Notes: generated from the sequence alone by a model not told the origin. Shown: positions 8,093 through 18,613, numbered from the stretch's first letter. The stretch is 64,000 nucleotides of DNA from Candidatus Woesearchaeota archaeon (GCA_016180135.1 JACPBV010000023.1:7405-71404); one strand, 5' to 3'. A program made the numbers and translations.

Positions 8093-9397
8093 TCAGTTTA
8101 AAAAAGCAGCAGATAAGTCCCCCCTCAGGTCAAACCTGCCGCAGCCAACAATCCTGCAGCCCGCCTGCTTCCCAAGCAATGATTCCTCGCCATCAGCAAT
8201 AATCTGCTTATACGCAAAATTCCTTCCCTTCAAGGTTCCATGCTTTCCCTTTTCCGTCATCAGCACTTTTCCTTTCCACCCGATCCAATTTTTATTGTTC
8301 TCAAGCGCCATCTTCGTGTGCAGCTTTACCATTTCTGCGGTTCTCCGTTTTCTCTCAGAACCTTCAATCTGCTTCATCCGCGCAGCAGGCGTTCCCTGCA
8401 TCGGCCAGAATTTTGAGATATTGATGACATCGGGCCTTGTTGCTTTGATGAGCGCGACTGTCTTTTCAAAATCTTCTCTTGTCTCCGTCGGAAACCCGCA
8501 GATGATGTCAGTCGAGATAGTAATTTCCGGGATTTCCTCCTTAAATCGTTTTATTATCAAGGCATAATCCTCAGTAGTATAGCCTCTTTTCATATCCTCC
8601 AGAACTTTGTTGCTTCCGCTTTGAAGGGGAACATGGAGGAACTTGTAAACCTTCTTATGTTTAAAGGACGTTATCAGCTCATCAAGCATCGGAAGGATAT
8701 ATTTTGGGTTAGCCATCCCTACTCGTATCATAAAATCCCGGGGGATTGCGCAGATTTGCTCAAGGAGCTTTGCCAGATTCATTTTTTCTTTCCCGACTAT
8801 GCCAAAATCAAGACCATAGACGCTGTTGTCCTGCGATGTAAGCCATATTTCCTTTGCCCCTTCCCTGGCAGCCCAGCTTATATGCCTCACAATTGCTTCA
8901 GGAGAATGGCTGAATGCGTTTCCCCTTGCGTGCTTTGTCTTGCAGAACGTGCAGCTTGAGAGGCAGCCCTGAAGGATAGGGACAATCTCAATCAGCGGGT
9001 TTAGGCGTGTTTTTGGCAGGTTAAGCCGTGGCTTGTTTTCTTTTTCCAGCAGGACTATCTTATTCCCTTCCAAAGTCTGCTTAACTGCCTCCCCGATCCT
9101 GTCAACCTGAAAAGTTCCGACGAGAGAATGGCCGTTGAGGTGCTCAAAGTTCCTGTTGGACTGCGGAATGCACCCTGCAACAATTATTTTTTTGTCCTTC
9201 CCCTCAAGCTCTTTCATCTTCTTCCTGAAAAAGCTGAGTGTGGGCCCTTTGACGGTGCAGGAGTTGATAACGACGATATCTGCATTATCCTCATTGTCAG
9301 AGAACGAGAAGCCTTTCTCCTTCAGAATCCCCCACATGATCTCAGAATCTGCCTGGTTGGCGGAGCAGCCCTGGGTGATAAAGTGGATGGATGGCAT
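8093..9397 (-). CDS. mtaB: Archaeal MiaB-like tRNA t6A methylthiotransferase (radical SAM)
   Basis: TQGCSANQADSE, INSCTVK, VAGCIPQ, GCLSSCTFCKT, TDIICGFPTE; TRAM-like tail. Confidence 0.9.
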   Translation of the reverse strand: MPSIHFITQGCSANQADSEIMWGILKEKGFSFSDNEDNADIVVINSCTVKGPTLSFFRKKMKELEGKDKKIIVAGCIPQSNRNFEHLNGHSLVGTFQVDRIGEAVKQTLEGNKIVLLEKENKPRLNLPKTRLNPLIEIVPILQGCLSSCTFCKTKHARGNAFSHSPEAIVRHISWAAREGAKEIWLTSQDNSVYGLDFGIVGKEKMNLAKLLEQICAIPRDFMIRVGMANPKYILPMLDELITSFKHKKVYKFLHVPLQSGSNKVLEDMKRGYTTEDYALIIKRFKEEIPEITISTDIICGFPTETREDFEKTVALIKATRPDVINISKFWPMQGTPAARMKQIEGSERKRRTAEMVKLHTKMALENNKNWIGWKGKVLMTEKGKHGTLKGRNFAYKQIIADGEESLLGKQAGCRIVGCGRFDLRGDLSAAFLN

Positions 9398-9438
9398 GAA
9401 GATGGAAACAGGAGAGTATATTATAAATCTTTAGGGGC

Positions 9439-10392
9439 TCATTTAGTCCTCGCATCCATTGGGAGGGGTACATAACCCTCTTCTTCCAGGATTTTTTGAC
9501 CTGCGTCGGACAGGATCCAGTCAATATACTTTTTCAGCGCGCCCGTGGGTTCGCCGATGGTGTAAACCTGTAGCGAGCGGGCAATCGGGTAACTCTCGTT
9601 CAGCGTGTTCTCGACGCTTGGCCCATAAGCTGTTTTGCCGGCCTTTGCCGCTATCTTCAGCATCTTGACCGCTTGAGTGGCGTACCCCATGCCACTATAG
9701 CCGATGGCCGTTCGCGTGTTTCCGACCATCTCTACAACCTCCTTGGAGCCGTTCATATCCAGAGATCCGAGCCTGAAGTCCTTATTGCTGAGCACGTGCT
9801 CCCGGAAAAATTCGTAAGTGCCTGAACTGGACTGGCGGCTGAATCGGACGATTGTGTCGTCATTAACACCAGGAATCGTCACGCCGAGTTGGGACCACCT
9901 GGAGATACTGCCACCCTCGGCAAAGACTTGCTCGAGTTGTTCCAATGTAATTATCTCCATCGGATTCCCTTTGTGGACGTAAACAGCGATCGCATCGTAT
10001 CCCATAATGAATTCTTTGGGTTCTTTCCCTGTGGTCTTCTTCACCTGCTCGGCCTCTTCGGGCTTGATGTTCCGGCTGGCGTTGGCGAGGTCAATCATCC
10101 CTTTCATGAGCGCGACGATGCCCGTGCCCGATCCGCCGCCTGAGACTTCGACTCCGACCGAGGAGTCCACCTTTTGGTAGGCCTCGGCCCAAGCAATGGC
10201 CACATTGACCATGGTGTCTGAGCCTTTGTTCTGAATGGTTGTCCTGGGGGATTCCGTGGCTGTGCCGCCTCCTGAACCAGACTTCTGTCCACAGCCGGCA
10301 AAGGAAAGGTAACCGGTGAGAATTAGGCACGTCCCGTTCCTCAGGTAATTTCCAATAAGATTCGTCAATTGTGGCATAGGTTTTGTTCTCAC
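9439..10392 (-). CDS. pstS: Phosphate ABC transporter substrate-binding lipoprotein (bacterial type)
   Basis: KGSDTM, VSGGGSGTGI, DLANASR, SRQSSSGTYEFF, YPIARSL; lipobox FAG-C. Confidence 0.93.
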   Translation of the reverse strand: MRTKPMPQLTNLIGNYLRNGTCLILTGYLSFAGCGQKSGSGGGTATESPRTTIQNKGSDTMVNVAIAWAEAYQKVDSSVGVEVSGGGSGTGIVALMKGMIDLANASRNIKPEEAEQVKKTTGKEPKEFIMGYDAIAVYVHKGNPMEIITLEQLEQVFAEGGSISRWSQLGVTIPGVNDDTIVRFSRQSSSGTYEFFREHVLSNKDFRLGSLDMNGSKEVVEMVGNTRTAIGYSGMGYATQAVKMLKIAAKAGKTAYGPSVENTLNESYPIARSLQVYTIGEPTGALKKYIDWILSDAGQKILEEEGYVPLPMDARTK

Positions 10393-10481
10393 ATCGGTCC
10401 GGATTCTGATTATGGCTAACCCGAGATGGAAGAAAGCGGAATTAAAGAGTATATAATCTTTTTCCTAAGCAGCCACAGCAT

Positions 10482-10530
10482 CCCCTCATCAATACCCCCC
10501 ATCAATACCCATTATAATACCCCTCATCAA
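10482..10530. repeat. Short degenerate repeats including the adjacent stop codon
   Basis: CCCCTCATCAATAC-like units; the rightmost unit contains the TGA of the 10527 gene. Confidence 0.6.
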
Positions 10531-11093
10531 GATGCCAGCCGGCCGATGGTGAGCAAAGAGTAAATCCCGAAGGTGTTGAGAAAATAAGAAAGGATCATGA
10601 AGGTGTTGAGCGATATTTTCCTGTAGGATGCCAGCATAAAAACCCCAATCTCGTCAGGCAGGGGGGAAGCGATGACAAACGCAGCGATGATAGGGAAGAG
10701 GTATTCCTTCATGCCATAAGGGATTCTGTCAAGAGTTTTTCTGATGAATCTTTCCCTGCTTAACCGGATAACTTCATCGGCAAAAGAATGCCTGATGAGC
10801 TCAAAAAGGATCACGTCTGCGATAAGGGAGCCAAACCCGCCGATAACCGACTTTGCCAGGATCGAATCATGTGCGCCCAGCGAAAAAAAGAAAGCGCTTG
10901 CAGGCGCAGCGGTAAACCCGTAGCTGTAGAGCATCCCCGTGATAAAAATCCCCAAGAGGCCGAGGCTTTCAAGGCCTTCCTGGAACGGGAGCTTATCCTT
11001 GTGCAAAAGCAGAAGGTATGCCAGAAGGAAAGACATTCCAAGGAGCGTGAATTTAGGGTATTTGACAAATCTCCCTATGCTTTTGAAACCCAT
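10527..11093 (-). CDS. Hypothetical multi-pass membrane protein
   Basis: Several hydrophobic helices, YSYGFTAAPA and IASPLPDEIG motifs; start uncertain (11093 has an upstream GAGG). Confidence 0.7.
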   Translation of the reverse strand: MGFKSIGRFVKYPKFTLLGMSFLLAYLLLLHKDKLPFQEGLESLGLLGIFITGMLYSYGFTAAPASAFFFSLGAHDSILAKSVIGGFGSLIADVILFELIRHSFADEVIRLSRERFIRKTLDRIPYGMKEYLFPIIAAFVIASPLPDEIGVFMLASYRKISLNTFMILSYFLNTFGIYSLLTIGRLAS

Positions 11094-11194
11094 TATTGCC
11101 TCTTCAGGCCTTTCCTTTTTAATCATTTCTTTTCTGGAGAAGAAATTCCAGCTGCCCAATCAGTCCCAAAATATATTTTCCTTTCCAACATTCA

Positions 11195-11581
11195 TCATTG
11201 TTTCTGTTCACCAAGTTCCACTTTTCCGATAGATAAAAGGTAATGCGGCTTAAATGCGCCGTCATCATTCCTCAAACCGAATCCAATGGTTGAGCCTAAT
11301 TCAAGTTTCCGCTCATCGCTGTCAGTGAATAATACCCCGTCAATCGTTGTCCAGCTTGTCCCATAATTAGTGTAAAAAAATTCATATGTTTCTGTTATCC
11401 TTAACCCTCCATGCCTTTTCGAAATTGTTGGGTCATTCAGGAAGATATCTTGTCCTTGGAAATAAATCCCGGGGATACTGTCTCTTCTTCCGATTTGAAA
11501 CGTCCCGGGATGGACTTCTTTCCATTTCCCGGTGTTATCCGGCAAAAGCCGGTCTTCGATGCAGATAAGGTATTTTTGCAT
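11195..11581 (-). CDS. FHA-domain protein
   Basis: FQIGRR...DPTISKRHG...NYGTSWTTIDG: the GR, SxxH and N/G FHA signature. Confidence 0.85.
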   Translation of the reverse strand: MQKYLICIEDRLLPDNTGKWKEVHPGTFQIGRRDSIPGIYFQGQDIFLNDPTISKRHGGLRITETYEFFYTNYGTSWTTIDGVLFTDSDERKLELGSTIGFGLRNDDGAFKPHYLLSIGKVELGEQKQ

Positions 11582-11693
11582 ATTTTCCTCGTCTCCGCTT
11601 ACGTTAAGGGGTGATTGTGCAGGTCATCAATCTTTCTATACCTCATAAGGAAGAGGTTTTGGGAGGGATTAAAAAGGTTGCTGGTGAAAATAT

Positions 11694-11761
11694 ATTGTTA
11701 GTAAACAAAGATTGTTAGTGAATAAAGTTTGATTGTGAACAAGGATTGTAAGTGAATTAAT
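11694..11761. repeat. 17-bp degenerate tandem repeat x4
   Basis: ATTGTTAGTAAACAAAG, ATTGTTAGTGAATAAAG, TTTGATTGTGAACAAGG, ATTGTAAGTGAATTAAT. Confidence 0.65.
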
Positions 11762-11868
11762 GTTGGTGGCGAGTAAAAGTCGTATCGGCATTTGCCAACA
11801 AAGGCGGCCTTAGGATAATTCTTCCAAGAAAATTATTGTAGAAAAGATACCTGTTCAAGTTTTGAGTG

Positions 11869-13137
11869 TTAGGATATTTTATTGTGGAGATATGCTATAG
11901 CGCGGATATGGAGGGGCAATTGTTTTTTTGCATAGTCCTTCGTCATACTATCTGGATGGTGTTTCGATAGAAAGGAGTAGATCTCATTTCTCTCATCAGG
12001 ATTTGGGATATTTTTGATGTGTCCTATGTAAAGTCCAAGTGCATTTGAGGCCTTTTCTACTGGTATCTGGCCAAAACTTCGTTTGTAAACCCTCCAGAAA
12101 GTTTGAAGCATAATCTCCGGTTCCGATATTAACTGTATCGCATCAGCCAAACAGTTCATCATATGAACACCATCAGCAGTTGGCCAGAATTTACAGGTCT
12201 CGGCCATTCTTTCATAAATCAACGCCTTCTGTGATTCTAATATGGTGTGGTCAATTCCCCTGCCAATGCCTTTCTCAAAGGTTATCCCACTCAAGGTTTT
12301 GATTGCCCTGCCTTTTGTTTCAAGATTCCCGTATTTTGCAGCAGCCTCCAAACCAAGAAATGCATATTTTTGAAACAACAGTTCCATAGTCTGGGTCTGT
12401 GTGGGGGCTGCTGTTGATTCTTTCAATATGCCTATTAACCCATCGAGAAGAGGATCCGTTTCATAATGCCCATGCTTTGTAAGCCTGAGTTCAGGAACCG
12501 GAATCTCCCTCAAAGCCGCAAGAGCTTTTTCAGCCTGCTCAGGTGAGCCTTTGGCTGCGATTATTGCATAGGCCGGGATAAAGTTTGCTTTAAATTCTTC
12601 TTTGGCAAGTTCGTCGGTGTGGTTTAAGAGGTAGTCTCTTGCCCCCGATTGAAAGGGGTAGCCAACGGACGAATCCCCTGCCAACTTTGCCATAAACATA
12701 GAAGCTGCCCCAAGTGATGGTATCTGCTCTAATGCACTAAAAGCCATTTGGTTCAATCCAGGCAAATTCCTCTTGACCGCAAGATAAAATGCCTCAGCAA
12801 GCTGCGGGGCATGCTGTCTCTTCAGCTCTTCAGGGTAGTCTGCCATTCTTGATACGACATTTTGAGGGCCGCCAGCCAGGTCCCCTTTAGAAATAATCCT
12901 ATCATATGTATTAATTCTAAGATTTGGGTCAGTTATCCCCTCAAGAATATCAACTTCTTCAGGAGTAGAGACAAGCAGGAGATCTTCTTTAAGCTTTTCA
13001 TGCTCTTTAGGCCAAGATGTTTTGAGGTCTGATCCTTGGTTAATAAGAACGACAGCGGCTCTAAGGCGGTCTTCCAAATTTGCAGAATGAATCCCCCTGA
13101 CAAAACTTGGTGCACTCATAACCGCCGCAGCTCCCAT
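11869..13137 (-). CDS. Hypothetical all-alpha (HEAT/ARM-like) protein
   Basis: Long helical ORF; ATG at 13137 has an upstream GAGGGGA; the ORF is open to 13248. Confidence 0.6.
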   Translation of the reverse strand: MGAAAVMSAPSFVRGIHSANLEDRLRAAVVLINQGSDLKTSWPKEHEKLKEDLLLVSTPEEVDILEGITDPNLRINTYDRIISKGDLAGGPQNVVSRMADYPEELKRQHAPQLAEAFYLAVKRNLPGLNQMAFSALEQIPSLGAASMFMAKLAGDSSVGYPFQSGARDYLLNHTDELAKEEFKANFIPAYAIIAAKGSPEQAEKALAALREIPVPELRLTKHGHYETDPLLDGLIGILKESTAAPTQTQTMELLFQKYAFLGLEAAAKYGNLETKGRAIKTLSGITFEKGIGRGIDHTILESQKALIYERMAETCKFWPTADGVHMMNCLADAIQLISEPEIMLQTFWRVYKRSFGQIPVEKASNALGLYIGHIKNIPNPDERNEIYSFLSKHHPDSMTKDYAKKQLPLHIRAIAYLHNKIS

Positions 13138-13220
13138 TCCCCTCGTTAATGATGGGAGATTTAAAAAGATTGTTGTTGTCCATAACAACAATAGCAAAGA
13201 TTCAATGATGCTCTTGGCCG

Positions 13221-14438
13221 TTATTGCCCGCTTTTCCCTGTAAGCCACTTCCAGAGGGGCTTAACAACTATCTTTTTGCCTTCAACAAGAAATTCATCAT
13301 CCTGATTAAAAGTTAAGATAACGCCTTCCTTAAGCTTAAACTCTGTTAACGCACCCATCAGCCCATTGATTTCCCTGCCTTTGGTCTCTTCGTTGAGGTC
13401 AAAGCAGGCCTGGAAGGCACAGGTTATTTTTTCCTTCGCTTTTACCACAAAATCACATTCATTCTTTTCTTTAAAATAAAAAATATCCTTGAATCTTCTT
13501 CTCAGCCCAAGAAACGCCGCATTTTCAAGCATTTTTCCCCTGTCTTTTGAAAAGGACGCCGAATTGGCATAAGAAAAGCCATTGTCGATAGAATAAACTT
13601 TTTTCGGGTTTACCTGCTGCTGCTTATACGAATAGCTGAATCGTGGCACAGTAAAAAATAGATAAGCATCCTCGAAATAGGATATATAATCGATAACGCT
13701 CTGGACAGACTTAACCTCAAACATTTTCCTTATGGAGTTGTAGGAAAACTCTTTTCCAACGTTGCTGAACAAGTATATCGCAAGTTTTTTCAAAAGGCCG
13801 GTGTTTCTGATGCCAAACCTCACCGCAATGTCTTTTACGACGACATCTGATAATAATTCATGGAGAATTGAAGGGTTTTCTTTTTTCAGATACTCTGGAA
13901 AGCCGCCCTTATTGAGATACTCTTCAAAGGATGAAACCGAAGGGGTTGCTTTTTTCATGCGAAGGAATTCCCCGAAAGAAAACGGGAACATTTCAACCTG
14001 GAGATGCCTGCCCGTCAGCTTTGTGCCAAGCTCCCTGCTTAACAGGGAAGCATTTGAGCCGGTAATGACTGCTCTTTCTTTCCTGTCAAGGAGATGCCTG
14101 ATGAACACTTCCCATTTGGCAACGTTTTGTATCTCATCAAAAAAATAGATTCCTCCTTTCCCATACAGGTCTTCCATGATGGATTCTGCTTTGTTAAAAT
14201 CCTGGAGTTCAAAGCCCTCTAACCTCGGATCCTCAAGGTTTAGGTAATACCCCTTTTTCTGCCTTTGCAGCATCTGGTTGAGAAACGTGCTTTTCCCGCA
14301 TCTTCTTATTCCAGTGATGATCAGGGCAAAAGAATCTTCTATGCTGGCCTCGTTCTCTCTGGTGATGCCCAGGTCGGACTTCGATAAAAATTCCTTTTGC
14401 GACTCTATAACCTCCGTTAAGGCTTCTCTTGTTATCAT
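13221..14438 (-). CDS. AAA+ ATPase (AAA_14 + DUF4143 type)
   Basis: TGIRRCGKST, YLNLEDPRL, FFDEIQ, ITGSNASLLS, GGFPE, NPKKVYSIDNG, GKMLEN, ECDFVV. Confidence 0.92.
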   Translation of the reverse strand: MITREALTEVIESQKEFLSKSDLGITRENEASIEDSFALIITGIRRCGKSTFLNQMLQRQKKGYYLNLEDPRLEGFELQDFNKAESIMEDLYGKGGIYFFDEIQNVAKWEVFIRHLLDRKERAVITGSNASLLSRELGTKLTGRHLQVEMFPFSFGEFLRMKKATPSVSSFEEYLNKGGFPEYLKKENPSILHELLSDVVVKDIAVRFGIRNTGLLKKLAIYLFSNVGKEFSYNSIRKMFEVKSVQSVIDYISYFEDAYLFFTVPRFSYSYKQQQVNPKKVYSIDNGFSYANSASFSKDRGKMLENAAFLGLRRRFKDIFYFKEKNECDFVVKAKEKITCAFQACFDLNEETKGREINGLMGALTEFKLKEGVILTFNQDDEFLVEGKKIVVKPLWKWLTGKSGQ

Positions 14439-14471
14439 ACTATGAACATATTGGCACATCTATATAAAAGT

Positions 14472-14563
14472 TTCTATTACCAATAGAAAGAAGCTTCTAT
14501 TACCAATAGAAAGAAGCTTCTATTACCAATAGAAAGAAGCTTCTATTACCAATAGAAAGAAGC
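14472..14563. repeat. Perfect 23-bp tandem repeat x4, each unit with a 7-3-7 palindrome
   Basis: TTCTATTACCAATAGAAAGAAGC at 14472, 14495, 14518 and 14541, with no spacers. Confidence 0.95.
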
Positions 14564-14611
14564 CCCCATTATTAAAGGTAGGCAGTTTCCATCAGAAGAA
14601 ACCCTCAGTCA

Positions 14612-14777
14612 GAGGTTGGTGCGAAACTCTCCCTTCGGTCGGGTTGCCATCAGGCAAATCCCTAATGTCAAGACCAGATGTCGACATTCCCCGTCTGGGG
14701 CAACCCCCTTGTCGACTTAAATCATCTACTAAGGGGATTTGCAAAATTGATGGCAACCCTCATTTCGCACCAACCTC
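14612..14777. mobile_element. Fold-back MITE/REP-like element or structured RNA
   Basis: Nested inverted repeats GAGGTTGGTGCGAAA/TTTCGCACCAACCTC, GGGTTGCCATCA/TGATGGCAACCC and GCAAATCCC/GGGATTTGC. Confidence 0.6.
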
Positions 14778-14822
14778 CCTCATCCCGCAACATTTTTAAC
14801 CATTGTTGGATTTTCATGCCTG

Positions 14823-16130
14823 ATGGAAGCAAATATGCTGCAGGAAGTTAAAATTACCAAAGATATGTTCACCGCTAACTCTGCCAAAGCCCAGCTCACC
14901 GACAGCTCGAAAAAAAGCCTGGTGGACCAGCAATACCGGATTATTGGCAACCACAGCGCAGTCAAGACCTGCGGCTGGACAAAAAACATGATACGTGGCA
15001 AAGGCGGCTGCTATAAATTAAAGTTCTACGGCATCATGAGCAGCCAATGCATGCAGATGACAACTTCAATAAGCTGCGCCAACAGATGCACGTTCTGCTG
15101 GAGAGATTATAAAGCTCCTGTTTCTACAGAATGGAAATGGGCGGTGGATGAGCCCGATATGATTTATGAAGAAAGCGTCAAAGCCCACCACAAGCTTCTT
15201 GCCGGATTCGGAGGCAGCCCGACGAAAAACGACTTCATCTTCAAAAGCTCGAAGAAGATCAGGCACGTTGCCCTCTCTCTCACAGGCGAGCCGATCATGT
15301 ATCCAAAAATTAACGGTCTTATCGGCAGGTTCAATAAAGAATGTATCTCCACTTTTTTGGTCACAAGAGCCCAATACCCGGAAGCGATAAGAGACTTAAA
15401 TCCAGTCACCCAACTATACATAAGCCTTGACGCCCCCAATCCCGAGTTATTCAAGGAAATTGATGTCCCTTTGTTTAAGGACTATTGGGAGCGCTTCAAT
15501 CAGGGCCTTGAATATCTTGCAAAAAAGAAACAGCGGACGACGGTGAGATTGACGCTTATCAAAGGCATGAATATGTCTCAGTTTGAAGAATATGCGAAGA
15601 TGATCGCAAAAGGCAGCCCGGATTTTATCGAAGCAAAAGCATACATGCACGTCGGCGCATCGCAGAAGCGGCTGTCGATCGAAAGCATGCCGATGCACGA
15701 AGAGGTTGTGGCATTCACCCAGGAATTAGCCGCCCATCTTCCCGGCTACGAAATTGTTTCCGAGCACATCCCTTCAAGAGTTGTCATGCTTGCAAAAAAG
15801 AAATTCAGGATTGGCGGGGTTTGGCATACCTGGATTGATTTTCCGAAATACACCGAGCTGGTGAACTCAGGAAAAGAGTTTACCGCGATGGATTACATGA
15901 AAAAGACGCCCCCTTCCCTGGTCGGCCTGAGCGGAAAGAAAACCCCGATGAACGGGATAAAGCAGGACAAGATGGGGATGAGCGGTGAGGAGCAGCTTGG
16001 GATGCTTGCCAAATTAAATGGCACTGATGGAAACGGGCAAAATAAAGGAAACGGCCAAATTCCCAACGGAAAGCATATTACCGTCGATGAAAGGACAAAA
16101 GAGATGGAGTTTTGGGGTCAAAAGAAATAA
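14823..16130 (+). CDS. taw1: 4-demethylwyosine synthase (TYW1/Taw1, radical SAM)
   Basis: HSAVKTCGWTK, CYKLKFYGIMSSQCMQMT, CANRCTFCWR, SLTGEP, TQLYISLDA, FIEAKAYMHVG. Confidence 0.95.
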   Translation: MEANMLQEVKITKDMFTANSAKAQLTDSSKKSLVDQQYRIIGNHSAVKTCGWTKNMIRGKGGCYKLKFYGIMSSQCMQMTTSISCANRCTFCWRDYKAPVSTEWKWAVDEPDMIYEESVKAHHKLLAGFGGSPTKNDFIFKSSKKIRHVALSLTGEPIMYPKINGLIGRFNKECISTFLVTRAQYPEAIRDLNPVTQLYISLDAPNPELFKEIDVPLFKDYWERFNQGLEYLAKKKQRTTVRLTLIKGMNMSQFEEYAKMIAKGSPDFIEAKAYMHVGASQKRLSIESMPMHEEVVAFTQELAAHLPGYEIVSEHIPSRVVMLAKKKFRIGGVWHTWIDFPKYTELVNSGKEFTAMDYMKKTPPSLVGLSGKKTPMNGIKQDKMGMSGEEQLGMLAKLNGTDGNGQNKGNGQIPNGKHITVDERTKEMEFWGQKK

Positions 16131-16777
16131 TGCCGAACTGCATTCCACTATCATCCTATCGAAATGTTTTTATATTAATGAACGTTTCTTGGCTTATGGA
16201 AACTTCGGGCAGTTTAGTACAAGCAAGCTATGCTTCTTCTGGGGCTGATGAGCCCCTTTCTCCTAAAGCCGTATCTCATGTCAAACCCGGCTTTTTGTGT
16301 GATTTATGCAACTTCGCCAGTACCTCAAGCGAAGTTGTCGAAAGGCACGTGCAAAGTAACCCAATAGAAGGTATTCACCTGGAAAGAGGCTCTGTCTGGG
16401 GATATGGAACTCCTAATTATGTGATAGTCGTTATGAGGAAACCATCCTTCGATGTATATCACAGTTTGATTTACAGAGTTTTTGAATTTGAATATGATGG
16501 GAGTTCTGGGTTATTTCAAAAAGCGAAAGGGATTAAGGCTCAGACGGATTTTGATTCGGGAGTTTGGGAATATATGACTCCAAGATTGAGAGAGCTTACA
16601 GAACCCCAATTCGAAGAAGTAAAAATAGATTTGACACAAGAAAGGGAGCAAGAATTCCCTTTTTCTAGCAAAGACAATCGCACGGTATATTCCGAATTAG
16701 AGAATATGAGGGCTTTTTGTAGTGGCCCTGATTTTTCTCTTATTCGGGGAGTTAAAGGAGAGAGTTTTCCTAAATAG
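16130..16777 (+). CDS. Hypothetical protein with a zinc-finger-like segment
   Basis: [19 protein letters not shown]; start uncertain (TAATG overlap with the taw1 stop). Confidence 0.55.
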   Translation: MPNCIPLSSYRNVFILMNVSWLMETSGSLVQASYASSGADEPLSPKAVSHVKPGFLCDLCNFASTSSEVVERHVQSNPIEGIHLERGSVWGYGTPNYVIVVMRKPSFDVYHSLIYRVFEFEYDGSSGLFQKAKGIKAQTDFDSGVWEYMTPRLRELTEPQFEEVKIDLTQEREQEFPFSSKDNRTVYSELENMRAFCSGPDFSLIRGVKGESFPK

Positions 16778-18005
16778 TCTTCTGAAAGCCGTATTTCCTC
16801 TCCACATACCCCTCGATCATCTTCTTGAATTGTTCGATGCGCTCAGGGCCTTTGAGTTTCGCCGCCTGAATACCATCGATAAAGACTGGAGAGACAGGAT
16901 CTTCACCGCTTCCCGGCAGGCTCAGGCCGATGTTTGCGCCCCTGCTTTCCCCCGGCCCGTTCACGATGCAGCCCATCACCGCAACCGTCATATTTTCTAC
17001 GCCATCATAGCCTTTTGCCTTCCATTCCGGAGTTTTTTTCTCAAGGTAGCTGGTAATCTGCTCGGCAATTTCCTGAAATACCGTTGAGGTTGTCCTTCCG
17101 CAGCCGGGGCAGCTCGTCACCGTCGGCATGAAGCTCCTTATCCCGTTTGACTGAAGGATCTGCTGCGCAACCTTAACTTCTTCTGTCCTTGGCGTTGAAG
17201 GGCCGGGCGTCAATGACACCCGGATAGTATCTCCGATGCCTCTCTGCAACAGATAACTCAGTCCGGCAGTTGAAGCGACAATCCCCTTTGTCCCGATGCC
17301 AGCCTCAGTCAGCCCAAGATGGAGCGGATATTCGCACAGCCCCGCAAGCTTTTCATAAGCTGCAATCAGCTCCGGCACTTTGCTGACTTTGGCCGAAAGG
17401 ATTATCTTATTTGGAGCCAGCCCATAGCTTTCTGCCATCGCTGCTGAATCCAGGGCAGATGCCGCCATCGCATCAACCTTAATTTCTTCTGCGCTCTTTC
17501 TTTTCTCCGGCTGCAGCCCATTATTCTCGTCCATCAGCCTTGTCAGCATCCTTTGGTCGAGAGAGCCGGCGTTAACGCCTATCCTCACTGGCTTGCCGAA
17601 TTTAATTGCCAACTCAACAAACGCCTTAAAATTTTTGTCATGCGCATCCCCCAAGCCTACGTTGCCGGGGTTGATGCGGAACTTGTCAAGCGCTTCAGCG
17701 CATTCAGGAAACCTTGAAAGAAGGAGATGCCCATTGAAATGAAAATCCCCGATAAGGGGAACCTCGCACCTCTCAGCCAAAAGCCTTTTTTTTATCAGAG
17801 GGACTGCTTCAGCAAAATGATTGTCCTGGACAGTCACCCTCACTAATTCACTCCCCGCATCAGCAAGCTCAAGGATCTGCTTTACGGTAGCATCAACATC
17901 CGACGTTGCCGTGTTGGTCATTGACTGGATGCGGATTGGATTATCGCCCCCTATACCTATATTTCCAACCTTTACTTCAAAAGAATGCCGTCTCGGTAGT
18001 GCCAT
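16770..18005 (-). CDS. ispG: HMBPP synthase (MEP pathway)
   Basis: [72 protein letters not shown]. Confidence 0.97.
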   Translation of the reverse strand: MALPRRHSFEVKVGNIGIGGDNPIRIQSMTNTATSDVDATVKQILELADAGSELVRVTVQDNHFAEAVPLIKKRLLAERCEVPLIGDFHFNGHLLLSRFPECAEALDKFRINPGNVGLGDAHDKNFKAFVELAIKFGKPVRIGVNAGSLDQRMLTRLMDENNGLQPEKRKSAEEIKVDAMAASALDSAAMAESYGLAPNKIILSAKVSKVPELIAAYEKLAGLCEYPLHLGLTEAGIGTKGIVASTAGLSYLLQRGIGDTIRVSLTPGPSTPRTEEVKVAQQILQSNGIRSFMPTVTSCPGCGRTTSTVFQEIAEQITSYLEKKTPEWKAKGYDGVENMTVAVMGCIVNGPGESRGANIGLSLPGSGEDPVSPVFIDGIQAAKLKGPERIEQFKKMIEGYVERKYGFQKTI

Positions 18006-18280
18006 AGCATTTGTAGAAGAAGGGGGATATTATAAATTATCCGTTCTCTTTTCAGGAATTGAGCGTTTTAGGTCTAGAAATAATATTTGCCGCTTCCTTT
18101 CCCGGGTTGTTTGATGAAACATAGCCTAATATCGTTTCAATTTAATTTCAGAAGGTAGAATTATTGAACCCTGCTTTTTGACTTTAATCCCATCTCCAAA
18201 TGGCAAGTTCCCCCTAATTTTCATAATTTTTCAAAATATCACCCACAACACTTAAATACTTAACCATCGTTAAACCTGCT

Positions 18281-18613
18281 ATGGCCGAAAATCTTGCCTC
18301 GATGAAATGCGAGCCCTGCAAGGGGGGCATCCCGCCGTTGAAAGGGAATAGCTTGAAAACTCTTCATGAGCAGGTTAAGGAGTGGAGCCTTGTCGGAGAG
18401 CACCACCTCGAAAGAACATTTGAATTTTCAACCTTCAAAGACGCAATTGCCTTTGTCACAAAGCTGGCGATGCTTGCCGAAGAGAACGGCCACCACCCTT
18501 ACATCCAGATTGATTATAAGAAAGTCAAAGTCATTTTTTTCACGCATAAGATCGATGGGCTGCATGAAGCCGATTTCATCATGGCGGCTAAAACGGATAA
18601 GCTCACTGGATAA
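18281..18613 (+). CDS. phhB: Pterin-4-alpha-carbinolamine dehydratase
   Basis: CEPCKGG, AEENGHHP, THKIDGLHEADFIMAAK. Confidence 0.92.
   Translation: MAENLASMKCEPCKGGIPPLKGNSLKTLHEQVKEWSLVGEHHLERTFEFSTFKDAIAFVTKLAMLAEENGHHPYIQIDYKKVKVIFFTHKIDGLHEADFIMAAKTDKLTG

Noticed and set aside
7947-8567. Long antisense ORFs (also 695-1174, 21298-21756, 44791-45348, 50232-50762, 58753-59292 and similar)
   Set aside because: They are shadows or alternative frames of well-supported genes and carry no recognisable motifs.
14472-14563. Possible CRISPR array
   Set aside because: The 23-bp palindromic repeats are contiguous with no spacers, and no cas genes are present; the other repeat arrays also lack unique spacers.
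15900-16130. Gly/Asn-rich C-terminal extension of Taw1
   Set aside because: Probably a low-complexity tail; no domain or repeat structure strong enough to support a claim.
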